A DNA stretch of 64,000 nt from Lama guanicoe (Eukaryota). Location of the stretch: NCBI GenBank assembly GCA_013239625.1, contig MU054323.1, positions 11,057,815-11,121,814 on the forward strand. Reading direction: 5' to 3'. The stretch's first letter is position 1, and each line of letters starts with the position of its first letter. The translations under genes and the position numbers were made by a program. Below are positions 1 through 14,143 of the stretch, one piece after another. The notes below the pieces were generated by a model that was not told the origin of the DNA, searched no databases, and saw only the letters and a list, made by a program, of their open reading frames with translations.

Positions 1-650
1 TCCAGCAATCCCACTCCTGGGCATATATCCAGAGGGAACCTTAAATCAAAAAGATATATACACCCCAATGTTCATAGCACTACAATAGCCAAGACATGGA
101 AACAATCTAAATATCCATCAGCAGATGACTGGATAAAGAAGCTGGTATATTTATACAGTGGAATACGACTCAGCCATAAGAAATAATAAAATAATGCCAT
201 TTGCAACAACATGGATGGACCTAGAGATTGTCATTCTAAGTGAAGTCAGCCAGAAAGAGAAAGAAAAATACCATATGATATCACTTATGTGAATCTAAAA
301 AATCTAAAAAAAGACAAATGAACTTACTTACAAAACAGAAACAGACTCACAGACATAGAAAACAAACTTACGGTTACCAGAAGGGGAAGGGGATGGAAAG
401 GGATAAATTGGGAGTTTGAGATTTACAGATACTAATATATATAAAACAGATGAACAGTTAAGTTCACACTGTATAGCACAGGGAACTATATTCAATATCT
501 TGTAGTAACATGATGAAAAAGAGTATGAAAATGAATATATTATTGTTCATGTATGACTGAAGCATTATACTGTACACCAGAAATTGACACATTGTAAACT
601 GACTATATACTTCAATAATATATATATATATATATATATATGAAAAAAAA
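1..650 (+). mobile_element. LINE-1 3' end (decayed ORF2 C-terminus, 3' UTR, TA/A-rich tail), relatively young camelid-type family; runs off the left edge
   Basis: Typical L1 ORF2-end motifs (ccagcaatcccactcctgggcatatatcc; atgccatttgcaacaacatggatggacctagag) with indels. 3' UTR contains tatagcacagggaactatattcaatatcttgta, followed by (TA)n at 617-641 and an A-run at 643-650. Confidence 0.92.
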
Positions 651-3600
651 TTTTTTAAATCATCTGCAATTTGACCATTTGGGAGGTTTGTTAAACAGTG
701 AATTATGCCTCCATTCCCTCCCACAACACTGAATTGGTCTCTGAGGTGGGACCAGGAAATCAAATTTTTTACCAAACTGCAAAGATAACATATCTGCTAG
801 TACTTGAGAATCACTATTCAAAGGGTTGTTCAGAACCAAAATAATGTATAGTTGTGGTGTGTTATCACCTGGTAAAAGCAGGTATTTATCACAGGAGGCC
901 CACAGGCTTAGAATTGTGAATAAGAAAAAACAGATTAATGTAATTTCCACCTGCTTTTTAAAAAGTGACTTTTGAAAGGTTAAGTACAATAATCAGATAA
1001 ACTGACATTTAAGGAGAGGAAAATCTCTGGGAAAGTTCCTAGAAAGACCACTAGACATTAAAGACCTGTCTTCAATGCTGACACTGATTTATTGGCTATG
1101 TGACTTTGGAAAGTATGTGATTAACCTCTGAACCTTAGTTTTCTCAAGTATGAATTACGAAAACAAGCCCTGTCTTAAATGATATTTGGTTAGAATATAG
1201 TGAAATATAGAGTCTAAAAATCTGTTAAGTGTCATGCAAATGTTTGAAATAACTACTCTTTTTTCAGTAATCCTGAACAACTCTTCACAATTTAATTTTG
1301 CTTTAAATCAAAGAATGACCAGAATGCTTTCAAAGTTTTATAGATCCTTCCTGGTCTTGATATGCAGTGCTGAATCTTTAAGCGTTTAGAGCATGAAATC
1401 TGCTGTTTATCAAATGTTGTTTGTCTTGACCTTTCATCATAAGAAATCTTTCATAATCCGCTATATAGACATTTTACTTTCCTTTCAAAAATGTGCAAAG
1501 CTCCATTTTTCTCCTACCATGGAGCAGAAGGAAGAAAAGGTTTAAAAAGTTCATTGACTACAACCTCAATGATAAAGTAAAGAAAGAAAGAAAAAGCCTC
1601 CATTTTTACCCTTAGACAGGCAGGGCTACTTTTGAGAAGAATCCTGCAAGAATTTCCACTAAAATTCCACTAGTTACTTTTCATACCCAATTTTCTGTCT
1701 CTCATGTTTGCCTCAGCGTATTTCACATTACTGCTATAATAGTGTTAGTCCAGTTTTTCAAGAATCCTAAGGTTATGAGAAACAGTTTATATACCATATC
1801 ATCTCGTTTTAACCCTCTGCCAATTTGCCCTAAATATGAACAAATCACCTCTTGTCCCTGGATTTAAAGCAAAGTACAAAGACAAATTTCATCTAATAAT
1901 TAAAAAAACTTGCATCCAGAGCAAAGCCCAGCTTTGAAAAGGAGATATTTGTTTGAAAAAAGGAAGATTGACCACAGGTTTTCCGGGGTCGGTGCAGTTT
2001 GACTGACTCCACTGGTGTGCCCCTGTGTTACAAACTTGGCTTCACCTGTCCTCCCCGAGGGTCATTCCTCTTCCACCAACTGTTTGGGCTCCGTGGAGTG
2101 AGCTGTCAGCCTCTGGCACACCACCTTCTCAGCTAACCCGCTCTCTTCCTGTAGCCCTCCCAGAAAATAGTGGCAAAAAGTGGAGGCAGTATTGTGAAGG
2201 CATGAAAATTCGTGAGTTTTCTCTGTCACAGGCTAAGCCACCTCCCTTCCCCCAGCTTCTAAGCCAACTGGAAGGTGCTCAGAGGCATTTCTGAAATCTA
2301 CCAGCATGACGAAAGGAATAGGAAGTATTTCCATCCCTTTCCTAAGAAAGTCTGAGACCCTGTTTCAGAGTTGGCTCCTTAGAAAACGAGTTTCACAGGT
2401 TAGGGGGAAGGGTGTTTTTAAGGACTTGAGTAACATGGAGTAAAACAGGTCTCACTGAAGGAAAAATGTTAGTATAAAATCAGCTGAAACCCACGCTACC
2501 AGAAAAGCACCGGTAGGTGGCAGGAGTACACAGGACATTCAGGTCTTTAGGGCTAGTCTGACCTGTCTTGGAAAAGAGTAACATCTGGAGCTGTCTGTTG
2601 CTGTTGTTAGCAGTGAGCTAACTTGAAGTGAGACTAAATGATTTTACGCCAGTGGGGTAGAATTGTTGTGGGGGGTCAAATGAAAATAGACGTGAGAATA
2701 TGCCTTTGAAACTTTGAAGCACTAGACAAGAATAATACTGTTTCTAGTTTTTTGTGGTGATTTTTTTCCTCCCGTGTTTGTTTTAGTATCTAAAGCTTTA
2801 GCTTACATAACTTCAATTTTTTTCAATAGCTATTTTTTAATATTGGCTTTTATTTTGATCATGACAACCTAAGGTCACAGGGGCGTCAGTGTGACTCTGA
2901 TGTTAGTTAACCTCTTGAAACCTAATTTCCTCAACTTGAAAATACAGAAATTGACTTCTAGAGAACATGTGACAACTATACACAGTATTTTTTAAATAAA
3001 TTCCTATAAACTGAGTGAGGCTGAATGAATTACTTAACTAGCATAAGTTCCAGTTGCTAGAAAGTATTTGCTTGTCTATATTCCCATATTCAGCGATATG
3101 AGTTCCTGCTACGTGTGTCAGGACAGCACGCTATTTGCAAGTCAGCAACACCTGGCACCTCCTTCCCAGCCGCCGGACGAAGGACGTTTGCAAAGCCCAG
3201 GAAAAGTCCTCAAAGCCACTCTATCAATACTGAATTTTTCCCTGCTGCAGGAAATGAAAGGCATTCGACATAGGGATGCACCAGCTCATAAAGCAGGATA
3301 AAAGGACTTTGTTCTTCCAGCAATTAAATTCTAAGTTTGAAAAGAGGAAACCTTCCAGATTAAATGGAAATAACAGAAATCATCTTTCCATGTGCAGTGG
3401 ATTCTGAAATTGGATTAACCGTCCATTCTAAAATAGGCTTCAGCTGTCTCCCTTCCAGAAGCAAATATAAATCAGCATTTTCAGGGCACATGGCGAACAG
3501 AACACCATCTTAACCTCTAACAGCCACGCCAAGGAGAGGACTTCCATTACAGTGAAAGGCAGGAGCCAAGGCTCAGAGCCTTTGCCCAAGAAACATCCCA

Positions 3601-4109
3601 GGTGAAGTGTTCTTTAAACTGGACTGGGAGAGAAGAAAGGTAAGGTGAAAGAATTATAAACGTGGAACCTCACATTTAGGCTTTGTCTGATTAATAACCT
3701 CAAACTAATTTGGATGCCAAACAGTTTAATAAATAAGGAACATGGGCCTAGTGTAAGACTACTGGAAGTGGTGGTTAATAGAGTGAAGCAGGGGAGCATG
3801 TATCACTTAAAGACAGACTTGTTTTAAGTCAACTTAAGACAAAATAGGTGGCCAAACACAGCTTATTCTTTGGACCTTACGAGGTCCCGTTTACAACCCT
3901 CATCTGGTCCAACCTCTCATTTTAAACATTTGGAAACTAAGGCCCGAAGAATTGAAGTGACTAAGGCAAGTTCTCTTTGTAAATAGCAGAGAGAAGACTG
4001 TGTTCTAGGTGAGGCATTTCAACACAACAGAGGGCACCACAGAGTGTGCAGGGGCCAGGATGCTGGGCGCATTACTCACATTTCAGAGGAGCCTCTGGAG
4101 GCAGATTGG

Positions 4110-4325
4110 CCAGGAGTGTGGACTCGGTGGCCAGAGGGCCTGAGTCTGAATCCCAGCTCTAACACGTAAAAACTGTGTGCCCTTGGGCAAGTTTCTTAAC
4201 CTCTCTGTGCCTCAGCTCCCTTGTCTCTAAAGTGGGGGTAATAATAATACCAACTCCAAAGGGCTGTGGAGAAGAGAAAATGAGGTAGTAAGTGGAAAGT
4301 GCTTAGAATGGTGACTGGCCTATTA
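4110..4325. mobile_element. MIR SINE
   Basis: MIR core: tgtgtgcccttgggcaagtttcttaacctctctgtgcctcagctcccttgtctctaaagtgggggtaataata. Boundaries approximate. Confidence 0.8.
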
Positions 4326-4651
4326 GTGTTTTTGCTCCTATTTACACATGAGGAAACACATACTTAGAGGTCAAGATCACACAGCTTTACTAGAGGTTGA
4401 AAATCTGGACGCTTGCACACGCACACATGTGCACGTGGTCACACACACACACAGCTGGTGTGGAACTCCCTCTCAAATGCACTGACTTCAAGGCCTGACC
4501 TGAGCCTCACTTCTGTAATGACCAGGAAAGGAGCAAAAGGAGGGACTGAAACAGAGGCCACAGCTTGGTGGCCAGTTGGATTTTTCTGCTTTTAAGGAGT
4601 AATATAGGTGACCAGAAAAGCAAGCCCAGAGATGACACAGCTCACAGACAT

Positions 4652-4835
4652 CAGTGTTTCTCAGACTTCAGTGTGCATTGGAACCAGCTGCAGGATGTGG
4701 GAAACCAGTGCTGGCATCACCCACAAAGTTTCTGATTCAGCGGGTCTGGGGTGGTGCCTGAGAATTTGCATTTCTAACAAGTCCCCAGGCGATGCTGAGG
4801 CTGATGGTCCAGGTACCACACTTGGAGAATCATGG
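4652..4835. mobile_element. MER5A-like hAT-Charlie non-autonomous DNA transposon
   Basis: cagtgtttctca start; tttctgattcagcgggtctggggtgg...gagaatttgcatttctaacaagtccccagg...accacacttggagaatcatgg end. Confidence 0.8.
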
Positions 4836-5671
4836 AAATTTTTTTCTATCCTCAATGTAATCTCATGAGCTTGGCATTTTCTCCATTTTATAGTGGAGAA
4901 AACCAAGATCAGAGAACAGGCTGACTTACTAATATCACACCATTTGTAAGGAGTGGAGCTGGGTCTTGAATCAAGTTGGTGTGACTCTGAAGCCCGTGCT
5001 GTTTCTACCCCCCAGTGTAGCATGAGGCGTGAGCATTTATTCTCTGCCAGGCACAGGGCAATAAGGATGGTTAGGGTCTGTCGTGGGCTGGAGTGTGCAG
5101 GTGGACAAGATGTGAGGGAGTAGGGAAGGGAAGGCCCTCCTGCTGGTTCCTACCATCTCCTCTCCTAGTTCACCAACTGCGTGGCCTCCCCTGCAGTCAC
5201 AGCCACTAAGTCTGACAGATCACATTCCTGACACCTCCTTCACTGGCTCCCCACTTCCTGCTGCCTACAAGGCCCCATTTGCCTCCACAGGCTCACTGCC
5301 CCCAAAGCTTCAGTGGTCCCAAGTTCTTATTCACACCCAAAACTAACATGCTCTCTCCAGCTTGCTGTGCTGTGTTCAGCTTTCCCTCTGACTGGGATGC
5401 CTGTCTACCAGCTTCTTTTCCTGGAACACCCCTCCCTGTTCTTGCAGACTGCAGCCCTGACCAGCCATCCCCCAGTCCCACCAGTGAGGGTGGTATGCTC
5501 CTCCTACACCTTCTGGAGATTACCCGGCTTACCTCTTTCATGACACTTACTACAATTATATAATTATATATTTATTAATCTATTTCTCCTTCTATACTAA
5601 ATTTCTAGTCTAAGCCAACTTTTATCTTTAAATCCTCAGGAGCTATTACAATATCTGGTAAAAAGTGGAGC

Positions 5672-5850
5672 CATGGCCCCAAAACTTGTCTGCACATCAG
5701 GATCACCTAGAGATCTTTTACAAATTTCAATGTCCAGGCCAGACTCCAGACCAATTAAGTCACAATCTCTGAAGGTGGAATAAGGCATCAGTATTTTTTT
5801 TTCAAATCTCCCTAGGTGATCACAATGTGCAGACAAGCTTAGGAAGCACC
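5672..5850. mobile_element. MER5-family DNA transposon relic
   Basis: tgcacatcaggatcacctagaga...ccagaccaattaagtcacaatctctg...ctccctaggtgat matches MER5 internal motifs. Confidence 0.65.
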
Positions 5851-7689
5851 GAAGTAGAGTTTCAGGATGCAGAATGGGTGGATGCATGGTTGGATGAATG
5901 GATAATCAGACTGAAGTTGAACAGAAGAGTATCAAGCAGAGAGAGGAAGGGGATTCTCAATAAAAAGTAACACCATAAGCAAAAACTCAGGAATTTGAAT
6001 TTTATGCCATAGGTAGATGGAAACCATTGGAAGATTATTAGTGGAAGGGTGAAATAAACAAATACATTTTTAGAAGGCCAATCCACAACTGTGAGATCTT
6101 ATTGGCATGGGGAGATGCTGGAGCAAAAAAAAAAAGTGAATTTTCTGCTCACCCTCCTACTAGGGACTGGCCTCCAGGAGGCTGCTGAACTTTCTAGAGA
6201 GGCAGCCCAAGTGAAGCTTGATTGTGGGAGCCCTTGAGGCTATTGGGGTGAAGGTGGGGATTTGTCATCTACACTGCTGTTAAACTAGGACTCAAATCCA
6301 AGTTCTTCTGCCTCTGAATCTATAACTGTCCATACTTCAAATGATCAGCTCCTCCAGGTGGTTTCTGACTCCATATCCTGCTGTGAAAAAACCTGACATG
6401 CTCAAACACAAAAGCAAGCAGACGGTAATTCATCAATGTCCACAAACAATCAAAGCTGAAACTGCCGGTTAAATAATTAGCTCTGGGGATCAAACTGCAA
6501 AGAGAAGCAGTGGTGAAGCCACCAATTATACCTTCCAGTTTTATGTTTTAATTAATATATCAGTCAGTTAATTAATCCATCAGTCAGCTCTCTCAGACTC
6601 TTGATTATCCTCTGCTTTGGATTTCCCTGGGTCCCCCAGGAGGCTGCTCACCCTGCTGCCACCCCATTTTACCTGAAACTAGGTTGTCCTCTGGCCAATG
6701 TCTTTGCTTCTCCCCACCCCCAAACTAGTGATGGAATGGGGAAGAGGGTGGTGAGGAAGGTGTGGACTTAGTCGGAGGATTCCACACACTTGGTTTTCTG
6801 CTTTCCCAGCCACGTGTAGAGAAGGTCCCACCCATCCACCTGGGAGGGCTAACCAGATCCCAAGCACCTGGTCTGTTTTTGTCTTTTTTTTCACCTTCGT
6901 CTTCATCTCATAATTTTTCTCTCTCCCTCCTCCTTTTCTGTTTATTACTTTTTCTCCACCTTTTCCTTTTCCCCTGCAACCATTCTCTTACACTTATGAC
7001 CACTTCTCTACCGTTTGTCTGCCTGTTTGCTTCCTACCTCAGGACAACCATACTCAGATTTTACCCTGGGCAAGAGCACCTAGTCCAGGAGGAAGGTGAG
7101 GACTGAGCTTGCCAAGCTCAGTACCTGCAGAATTACAGCCGCCAGAAATGGATGTCTCTTCTGATAGACACAAAGGTGCTGGATGAGCTGGCTACCCTGT
7201 TCTTTGTATTTTTCCCTCTTTACTGTGTCTCTCTCCTCTGTTCTGGAGCAATGCAGTGGGGTGGACAGAGCACGGGCTCTTCAGTCACCTCTGTTCAAAT
7301 TCTGACTCTGCCATTTACTGGTTCTGTAACCTTGACCCTGCTATTTGACCTCTCTGAGCTTCAGTTTCCTCATCTGTGCCCACCTCCTTGGTTGGTAGCT
7401 CTAAATGCCTAGAAAGGAATTTAGCATAGTGAACACAGAACAGTCTTCAATGCTGACTCAGCCAATTACCAGCCATGTGACCTCATTACCTAACCTGCCT
7501 AAGCACCAACTTCCTAACCTCTTCAATGGGTAATAACAGGACCAAGCTGGTAGGGTTGTGAAGATAAATGAGGTAACTCAGGGAAAGAACTTAGCATCTG
7601 GACATATAGTAAGCTGCAGGAATTGCAAACTGCATGCTCTGGTTGTTGTTATATACTATTTGCATAGTACCTAGCACATGGTAGGTGCT

Positions 7690-8169
7690 TGTCTCAGCCA
7701 GTCTCTAAGATGGCGCCCAGAGATCCTCACCTTCTGGAATTCATACCCTCGTGTAGTTTCCTCCCACACTGAATCACAGCTAGTTTGTGAGAATATGGTG
7801 CAAGTGACAGTGTGTGATTCCCAAGGCCAAGTCGTAAAAGCCATCTGAGCTTCCACTTCAGCTTCTTTAATCACTTGCCCTGGGGGAGTGGGTCTCCATG
7901 CCATGAGATCAGGCAGGCACCTCGGAGAGGCCCCCATGGAGAGGTGCTGAGGCCTCCTGCCAACAGCCAGCACAAACGCCAGCCATGTGAGTGCACCACG
8001 TCGGAAGTGAGTCCCTGAGGGGACTGCAGGCCGGGCTGACACTTCTTGGCAATCTCGTAGGTGACCTGGAGCCAGAACAGGCCAGCCAAACCAAATTCCT
8101 GGTCTACAGAAAATAGGTATTGTTGTTTTAAACCACTTGTTTGTTATGCATCAGCAATTATGTAATATG
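7690..8169 (+). mobile_element. MaLR solo LTR (MLT1F/MLT1E-like)
   Basis: Starts TG...agccagtctctaagatggc; internal gaggcctcctgccaacagccagcac...gccagccatgtgagtg. Identical 5-bp TSD GTGCT at 7685-7689 and 8170-8174. Confidence 0.85.
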
Positions 8170-8275
8170 GTGCTTTAAAAAAATTAAAAAATAAAAATGA
8201 AAAAAAAGCGTAGTCTCCTCTCCTGAGAAACAACAGATTGGCATTGCCATCTGCAAATCCATGCAGTCTAGTATG

Positions 8276-8294
8276 TGACCAGCAGGGGGCGCCA
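8276..8294 (+). promoter_or_regulatory. CTCF core motif, forward orientation
   Basis: TGACCAGCAGGGGGCGCCA is a near-consensus CTCF core; a TGCAGT upstream-module-like sequence lies at 8262-8267. Confidence 0.7.
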
Positions 8295-9590
8295 TTGGAC
8301 CACTTTCTTGTCTGACTATGTGGGCCTTTTTTCTCCCTCAAGCAGCAGGCACACCAGAGGAAATGCCAGACCTCCTAGGAAACAGGCTGGCCACCTCAGG
8401 CCTTTACTCCTCGTGGGCAGAGCTGATGGTGGTCCCTGGGTAACAGCCAACCCCAAGAATCAGCTCAGAGCCGGTCCCTTGCCCTTGTCCCCAGAGAAGG
8501 GCTCAGAATCCTGCTTCACAACTTTAAAGCAAGTTCTGGGCAGGCCTGAATTTACCTCCCCAGTGGCCAGAGAAGCTCCTGTTCTTGGGCTTAAGTGAAG
8601 ACCCTGATCGAGGGTGCTGTGGCCGTGAGGCATCATTTGGGGAGGGGTTTCCAAGTGACTCATTTGCAAGAAGATAGGGCCCTAGTGACAGGTCTTTCTC
8701 CCTTTGCTGTGCTGGTGTACCCAGCCCCACCCCACTCCCGGCCCTGCCAGTGAGCACCCTTGTGGTTGCCTCACGGTCAGCCTTTTGAGAGAGTCCTGCT
8801 GCAGGAGGGCAGTTGACACTGTCCTTCTCGGGCCTGAGGCTTTGAGGCCCCTCATCACATACTTGCAGACCCAGGCCCAGCCCCAAGGAATGAGGGACTG
8901 TCATCTGGGCCTGCCCCAGCTGTAGAAGAGCTGGGAAATCAGGAACCAGACAGCCAGCCAGTCTGAGAGAAGGCAACCCAGCAAGCTGGCTTCAGCTGAG
9001 GTCAGAGTGCGGGGCCCTATTCCTGCTGGGATGGGAGAGGTGAGGGAGACAGCTGAGTACACCTTCCTGCTCTCCTCTGTCCTCCAGAAAGAACAGAGAG
9101 CCCAGATGGCCCTCATCTTCTCTGAGACCGAGACCCAGGGCATTGAAGTCCTTCCAGGTACTTCTGCTACATCTTCCTGGCCCTGGAGAGGCAGAGCTTT
9201 GTTGGGAGAGTAGAAAGGGGTAGAACACATCTGCATGCTTCACCTCATTCCTCGTTGGTGTATGGGGTCAAGGTGGGAGGTCATCCAAAGGGGTGAGAGG
9301 GTGAAGAAGAATGCACCAGGAGATGGCTGATCCCTGGCACCTGCTCCCCTTGCCCTTGGAACTGGATAGGAGGCAGGATCACCATCCAGTGGGCTTGTGA
9401 AAATGTAGGGAAGGCATGTTTTTTCTTCTGAGGCAGTGTGCTTAAGTGTTTACAAATTGAACTACATACATATAAGCAATATTATACATTGCTTTTTATT
9501 TCTGCTTTTTATTTAGGGGTGTTATTTTTAATTCTTTGAAATTATACACATAGTAGGCTTTAATAATTATTTCAACACTGTAAAGGGGCA

Positions 9591-10053
9591 CATCGTGGTT
9601 AATTTTATGTGTCAACTTGACAGGGCTAAGGGATGCCCGGATAGCTGGTAAAGCATCAGTTCAGGTTGTGTCTGTGAGGGTGTTTTTCGAAGAGGTTAGC
9701 ATGTGAAATCAGTAGACTGAGTAAAGAAGATCCACCCTCACCAGTGTAGGCAGGCATCATCCAATCCCAACAGGGCCGGAATAGAATTTTAAAAGGCCAA
9801 GGAAGGGCGATTCCCTCTCTCTCTTCTTGAGCTGGCACATCCATCCTCTCCTGTCCTCAGACATCCGAGCTCCTGATTCTCCGGCCTTCAGACTTGGACT
9901 GAATTGTACCACCAGCCGCCCTGGTTCTCCGGCTTGCAGACAGCATACCTCAGCCTCCATAATCATGTGAGCCAATTCCCATAATTAAGCTCCTCTTGTG
10001 TATCTATAAATATCCTATTGGTTCTGTTTCTCTGGAGAACCTTGGCTAATAGA
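9591..10053 (+). mobile_element. ERVL solo LTR (MLT2, D/C-like)
   Basis: ggttaattttatgtgtcaacttgac...gggatgcccggatagctggtaaa at the 5' end; cctattggttctgtttctctggagaac at the 3' end; imperfect TSD GGGCA/GGACA. Confidence 0.85.
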
Positions 10054-10513
10054 GGACATTAAAATAGTTATGATAAAATAGAGGCATTGGGTCTGACTGT
10101 GTAGAGAAGCACTGCTTCAGAGGGATCGATTATTGGCTCCACTCATCCCTTAACAGTTCAGTTCTCTCTTAGGCACTGACTTCTTAGGCTCCAAAATGAT
10201 GCCATCAGTTAGCCTTGTGTACCTCTCATTGGAAAAGGTGGAGAGAGTACTTTAACCATCAGTTAGATGCACATTTTGAGCCTATCCTTGTGTCAGCCAC
10301 ATTGTCAGGACACTGATAGCGATCCCTTATTAGGTGCCTGCTAGGTTTAGGTACCTTCATTCTGCATGTGAAATAACTACAGCTCAGAGAGGTGAAACGA
10401 CTTGCTTCAGGACACTCCGCCAGTAATGGAAGACCTCATCCTGTTTGACTCTGAAGGCCGTGTTTATCACACCATAACCTGGTGCTTCTAAGAACAAACT
10501 TGTACTTGACAGG

Positions 10514-10870
10514 TGCTATGGGCTGCATGTTTGTATCCCTCCAAAATTCGTGTGTGAAACCTAACCCCCAGTATGACGGCAGGAGGAGGTGGGGCCTTTG
10601 GGATGAATGTAGATCATGAGGATACAGACAACATGAATGGGATTCGTGCCCTTGCAAAAGAGCCCCCAGAGAGCTGCCTTGCCTCTTCCGCCTTATGAGG
10701 ACACAGCAGGAAGACAGCCATCTGTAAGCCAGAAGCAGGTTCTTACCAGACACCAGACATGCTGGTTCCTTGATCTTGGACATTCCAGCTTCTAGAACTG
10801 TGAGAAATAAATGTTTATTGTTTAAGCCACACATTCTGTTTTGTCATAGCAGCCCAAATGGACTGAGACA
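10514..10870 (+). mobile_element. MaLR solo LTR (MLT1A/MLT1A0-like)
   Basis: tgctatgggctgcatgtttgtatccctccaaaattc...agaactgtgagaaataaatgttt...agcagcccaaatggactgagaca; TSD ACAGG/TCAGG. Confidence 0.88.
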
Positions 10871-12339
10871 TCAGGTTCCCACTTGTTTGGAGAAGCCCCC
10901 AGTTGATAGCAAGTCTGGAGAGTAACTTTTCCTCTCCAGATATGCTGTGTTGTTATTGCAGAAGAGCATATGTTTTAGTATTTGATGGAGTTAATCATGT
11001 TCATTCCTTTTGTTTTCAGAATTTTCCTGTCCATAGCACACACTTAATAAATACTTTCCATAAACGAATGCTTCAAGGGCCTTATGGTCGTGATGGCGTG
11101 ATAAAACTGAATAGTTAAAAAGAAATGGTACCATATGAATGTATTTATTCAAAAAATAATGTTTGAGTACCTGCTACGTGTAAACACTGTACTAAGTGCT
11201 GTGGAGGATTCTAAAGTAACAGATACCCTCCTCAGGTACCAAATGCAAAGTACTTTATAAGAAAACCCTTGTCTTCGTCTCCTCTTTCAAGGCACACAGA
11301 ATGAAGTGGAGACCTGGTTGACCAGCTGGATGCAGTGTACAGACGCCAAAGCTTAAACAATTCAGGCAGAAATGCACAGCAGTGTGCAAAATGGGGAGCA
11401 CTCTCAAGCGTGGAGAAGTTGGGGTGGTCCCTTCCGACGCAGGGAGGAAAGTGGGGAGCTGTGGAAATCAGAGTAGTAGGCTTTGAAGAGAAGCTGGACA
11501 CATAGGTTTTTAGAAAAATGACCCAAAAAGGAACTCCTGGGGTTGTCCATGTGAGGTCGCTGAATGCCTCCACTGCCAGGACACTCACCTTTCCAATCCC
11601 TAGTTCTCCTCAGGGTGCTCTTACCTGGAGTAGGTGAGAGCAAAAAGAATCAGCGGAGGCTCTACCAGCCCACGATGGAGATGATCCTCAAAGAAAAATG
11701 CTTAGAAAACCACATGGCCCCTCTACGTGAAAGGTCTGTCCGAATCGTCTGCCTCCTTGCAAAGAAACAAGCTCCTCCCACTGGATCCACATAGCTTCAT
11801 GGCGTTCTGCGCGGTCAGGAAATTGATTTTCTGTTCTCTCTTGACTCCCTCTGGACGGTAGAACTCAGTTATCAAGCTTTACTTCCTGGTCTCCTGGTAA
11901 CCCTATTTGGTGAAATTAGAATTAGGAATTTAATTCAATGTAGTGCAAAGCCCAATGAGATTAGCTTTATGGTTTCAAGACCTCTGCTAGGAAATAGAAT
12001 CCCGAGTTCCCTATTCCTCTTCCAAAAACTGACAGATGACTGAAAGGGGAGGGGGGCCATCAGCCAGAGGGGTTCAGTGCGGCTCTCCTGGGTTCTGGGC
12101 CCCACTGCACCCTGAACTGCTGTGCCTCTGAACCCTTCCAGGGCTAAATATCCACTAACCTACTCTGTGAAGCTTGGCGGGCACCTATCTTTTAAAAAAA
12201 AAAAGTGACTGTCAGATTTCTTTTCCACGCTGTGTAAAAATAAGGTAGCAAACTGAGCCAAGACACAAACAGCTGACATGCTTCAGGCACTCCCAAGTGA
12301 GATGCCGTTTACATGTGGCATTTACTGTAATCCTCACCT

Positions 12340-12517
12340 GCCGGCTTCATGGGCCCATGTGGTTCGCAGGGCCCCAGTCTCAGGAGGGCCCCGGTCTCAG
12401 GAGGGCCCCACACTTGGTTTACTGTTCTCCTGTTGCTGTCATCTTGAGAGTCTTAATAACTTTTGAGCAAGGGATTTTCTATTTGCACTGCACCCTGCAA
12501 ATTACATAGCCAGTTCT
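12340..12517. mobile_element. MER91A-like hAT-Tip100 element with an internal 17-bp tandem duplication
   Basis: gccggcttcatggg...agggcccc...cttggttta...tgcaaattacatagccagttct; agggccccRgtctcagg occurs twice at 12368-12401. Confidence 0.7.
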
Positions 12518-13660
12518 CCCCTTACCATAACTCTGTTGTTTGGTAGGTATTGTTGATCCCATTTTTAAAAATGAAAAGTTAATGTTCAGAGTGTGCTCAG
12601 TAACACACTCAAGGTCATACAGATGGAAAATGACGGAGCTGGATTTGAAGCCATGTCCCTGCTACCAACCCCACATCCATGCTCTGCTGACTCAGTGGTG
12701 CTGCCCTCCTGGATTGGTTGTCTAATTCAAGTCAGCCTGTCTCTCTGCATTAGGATATTAATTCCGCACACTGTAGGTTACAGTGCATTAGCAGCTGAGT
12801 GTATCCCCTTAATCATCAAGATAATTACTTTAGAACTCTAAATAGTTCTGCACGCGTGGTATTTATTTTCTGACAAAACATTTTCCAGCAAAATGTGACA
12901 AATTTTGTTTTTGAAACCTAGGTAATCTTTTTATCCTCATACACTTTTAAAGTGGCTTTATAGACGTCGACATGAAGAACATTTGCTCTATAACAAAATT
13001 ACACTCCTTTCCAAGACGTAGTGATTCAATAATTAAAACGATATCCATGAAATATAAACACAAGGTATTCATAAATATATTACATTGGATTATGGCTGCT
13101 AAGAGCCAATTATCATGTAAGATATCTCTGATGGTTGAAATAATCAGAGAGCAGAATATTAATTCTGACATTCTCTATAGACCATGGTTATAAAATGCTA
13201 GAATGGTCTAATAGGTTATAGAGTTTTATTGAGATTTGAGATGGCCCTTAAAATATTCATTGTGTGTTAGACATTAGTTGCCTTGATTGATTTTAGTTAT
13301 AATTCCATTATTTGTTTACAAGATGGGACAAGGAGGGGTGCTGAAGAACTGAGACGAAATCTATTCTACTTATGAAATAATAAGAGTAACTAGATGGTGG
13401 CACTGTGATTAAAACGTTCAGACAAACCTAGATTTCAATCTCACTTTCACCACTTTCTAGCTGTGTGACCTTGAGCAATTTACCTAACTTCTCAGATATC
13501 CTCATCGACAGAAAAGAGTTGTGGTGAGGAATGAATTAGATAATGCATTAAGCACGTAGCACAGAGCCTATCATTCAGCAGGCAGAAAGTATTCTTTCTT
13601 TTAACTTCTGCTGCCACAAAGGGGGAACTTGAAGGGTTTGGAAATATAGCATTTTCCTAC

Positions 13661-14143
13661 TGTTGTGGGACACAGCAGGGTGGCCAGTCAGTGACATGGT
13701 GACATGCAGGTTGGTAAAAGAATTTACCAGAGATAAAGTATGGGAATAGAAAGGCATTTATTAGGGGTACACTGCCATAGACAACAGTGGGCCACATGGG
13801 TGAGGGGTGCCTGCATGAGCCCTGAGGGCCGGTTGTTGGGATCTTTTATAAGGTAGGGTCACAAGGCGCCTGATCGGCTTCTGTGCAAGTCTCTGCTTGG
13901 CTGTAGGTGAGGTAGGAGGCTTAGGGTCCCTGAAGGGCAGTGAGGTTTGACTCTGATAAGGTGGGGCTGAAACAGGCCAGACTGGGCTATTGTGAGATTA
14001 GGCATTACCTAGGGCTGTTGGTTTGCTAGGGGAAACATACCCAGTAAAGAATGTACTTGATCTGTTGAAGGATCACAGGCAGACATCTGAGATCCCAGAA
14101 ATGGGGGTCGCTGGGACTCAGAAGGATGTCAGTTGGCGCAACA
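13661..14143 (-). mobile_element. Complete solo LTR (probably ERVL class), 483 bp
   Basis: Terminal inverted TGTTG...CAACA; perfect 5-bp TSD CCTAC at 13656-13660 and 14144-14148. Reverse-strand AATAAA (~13757-13762) and TATAAAA (~13844-13850) are in LTR order. Confidence 0.85.
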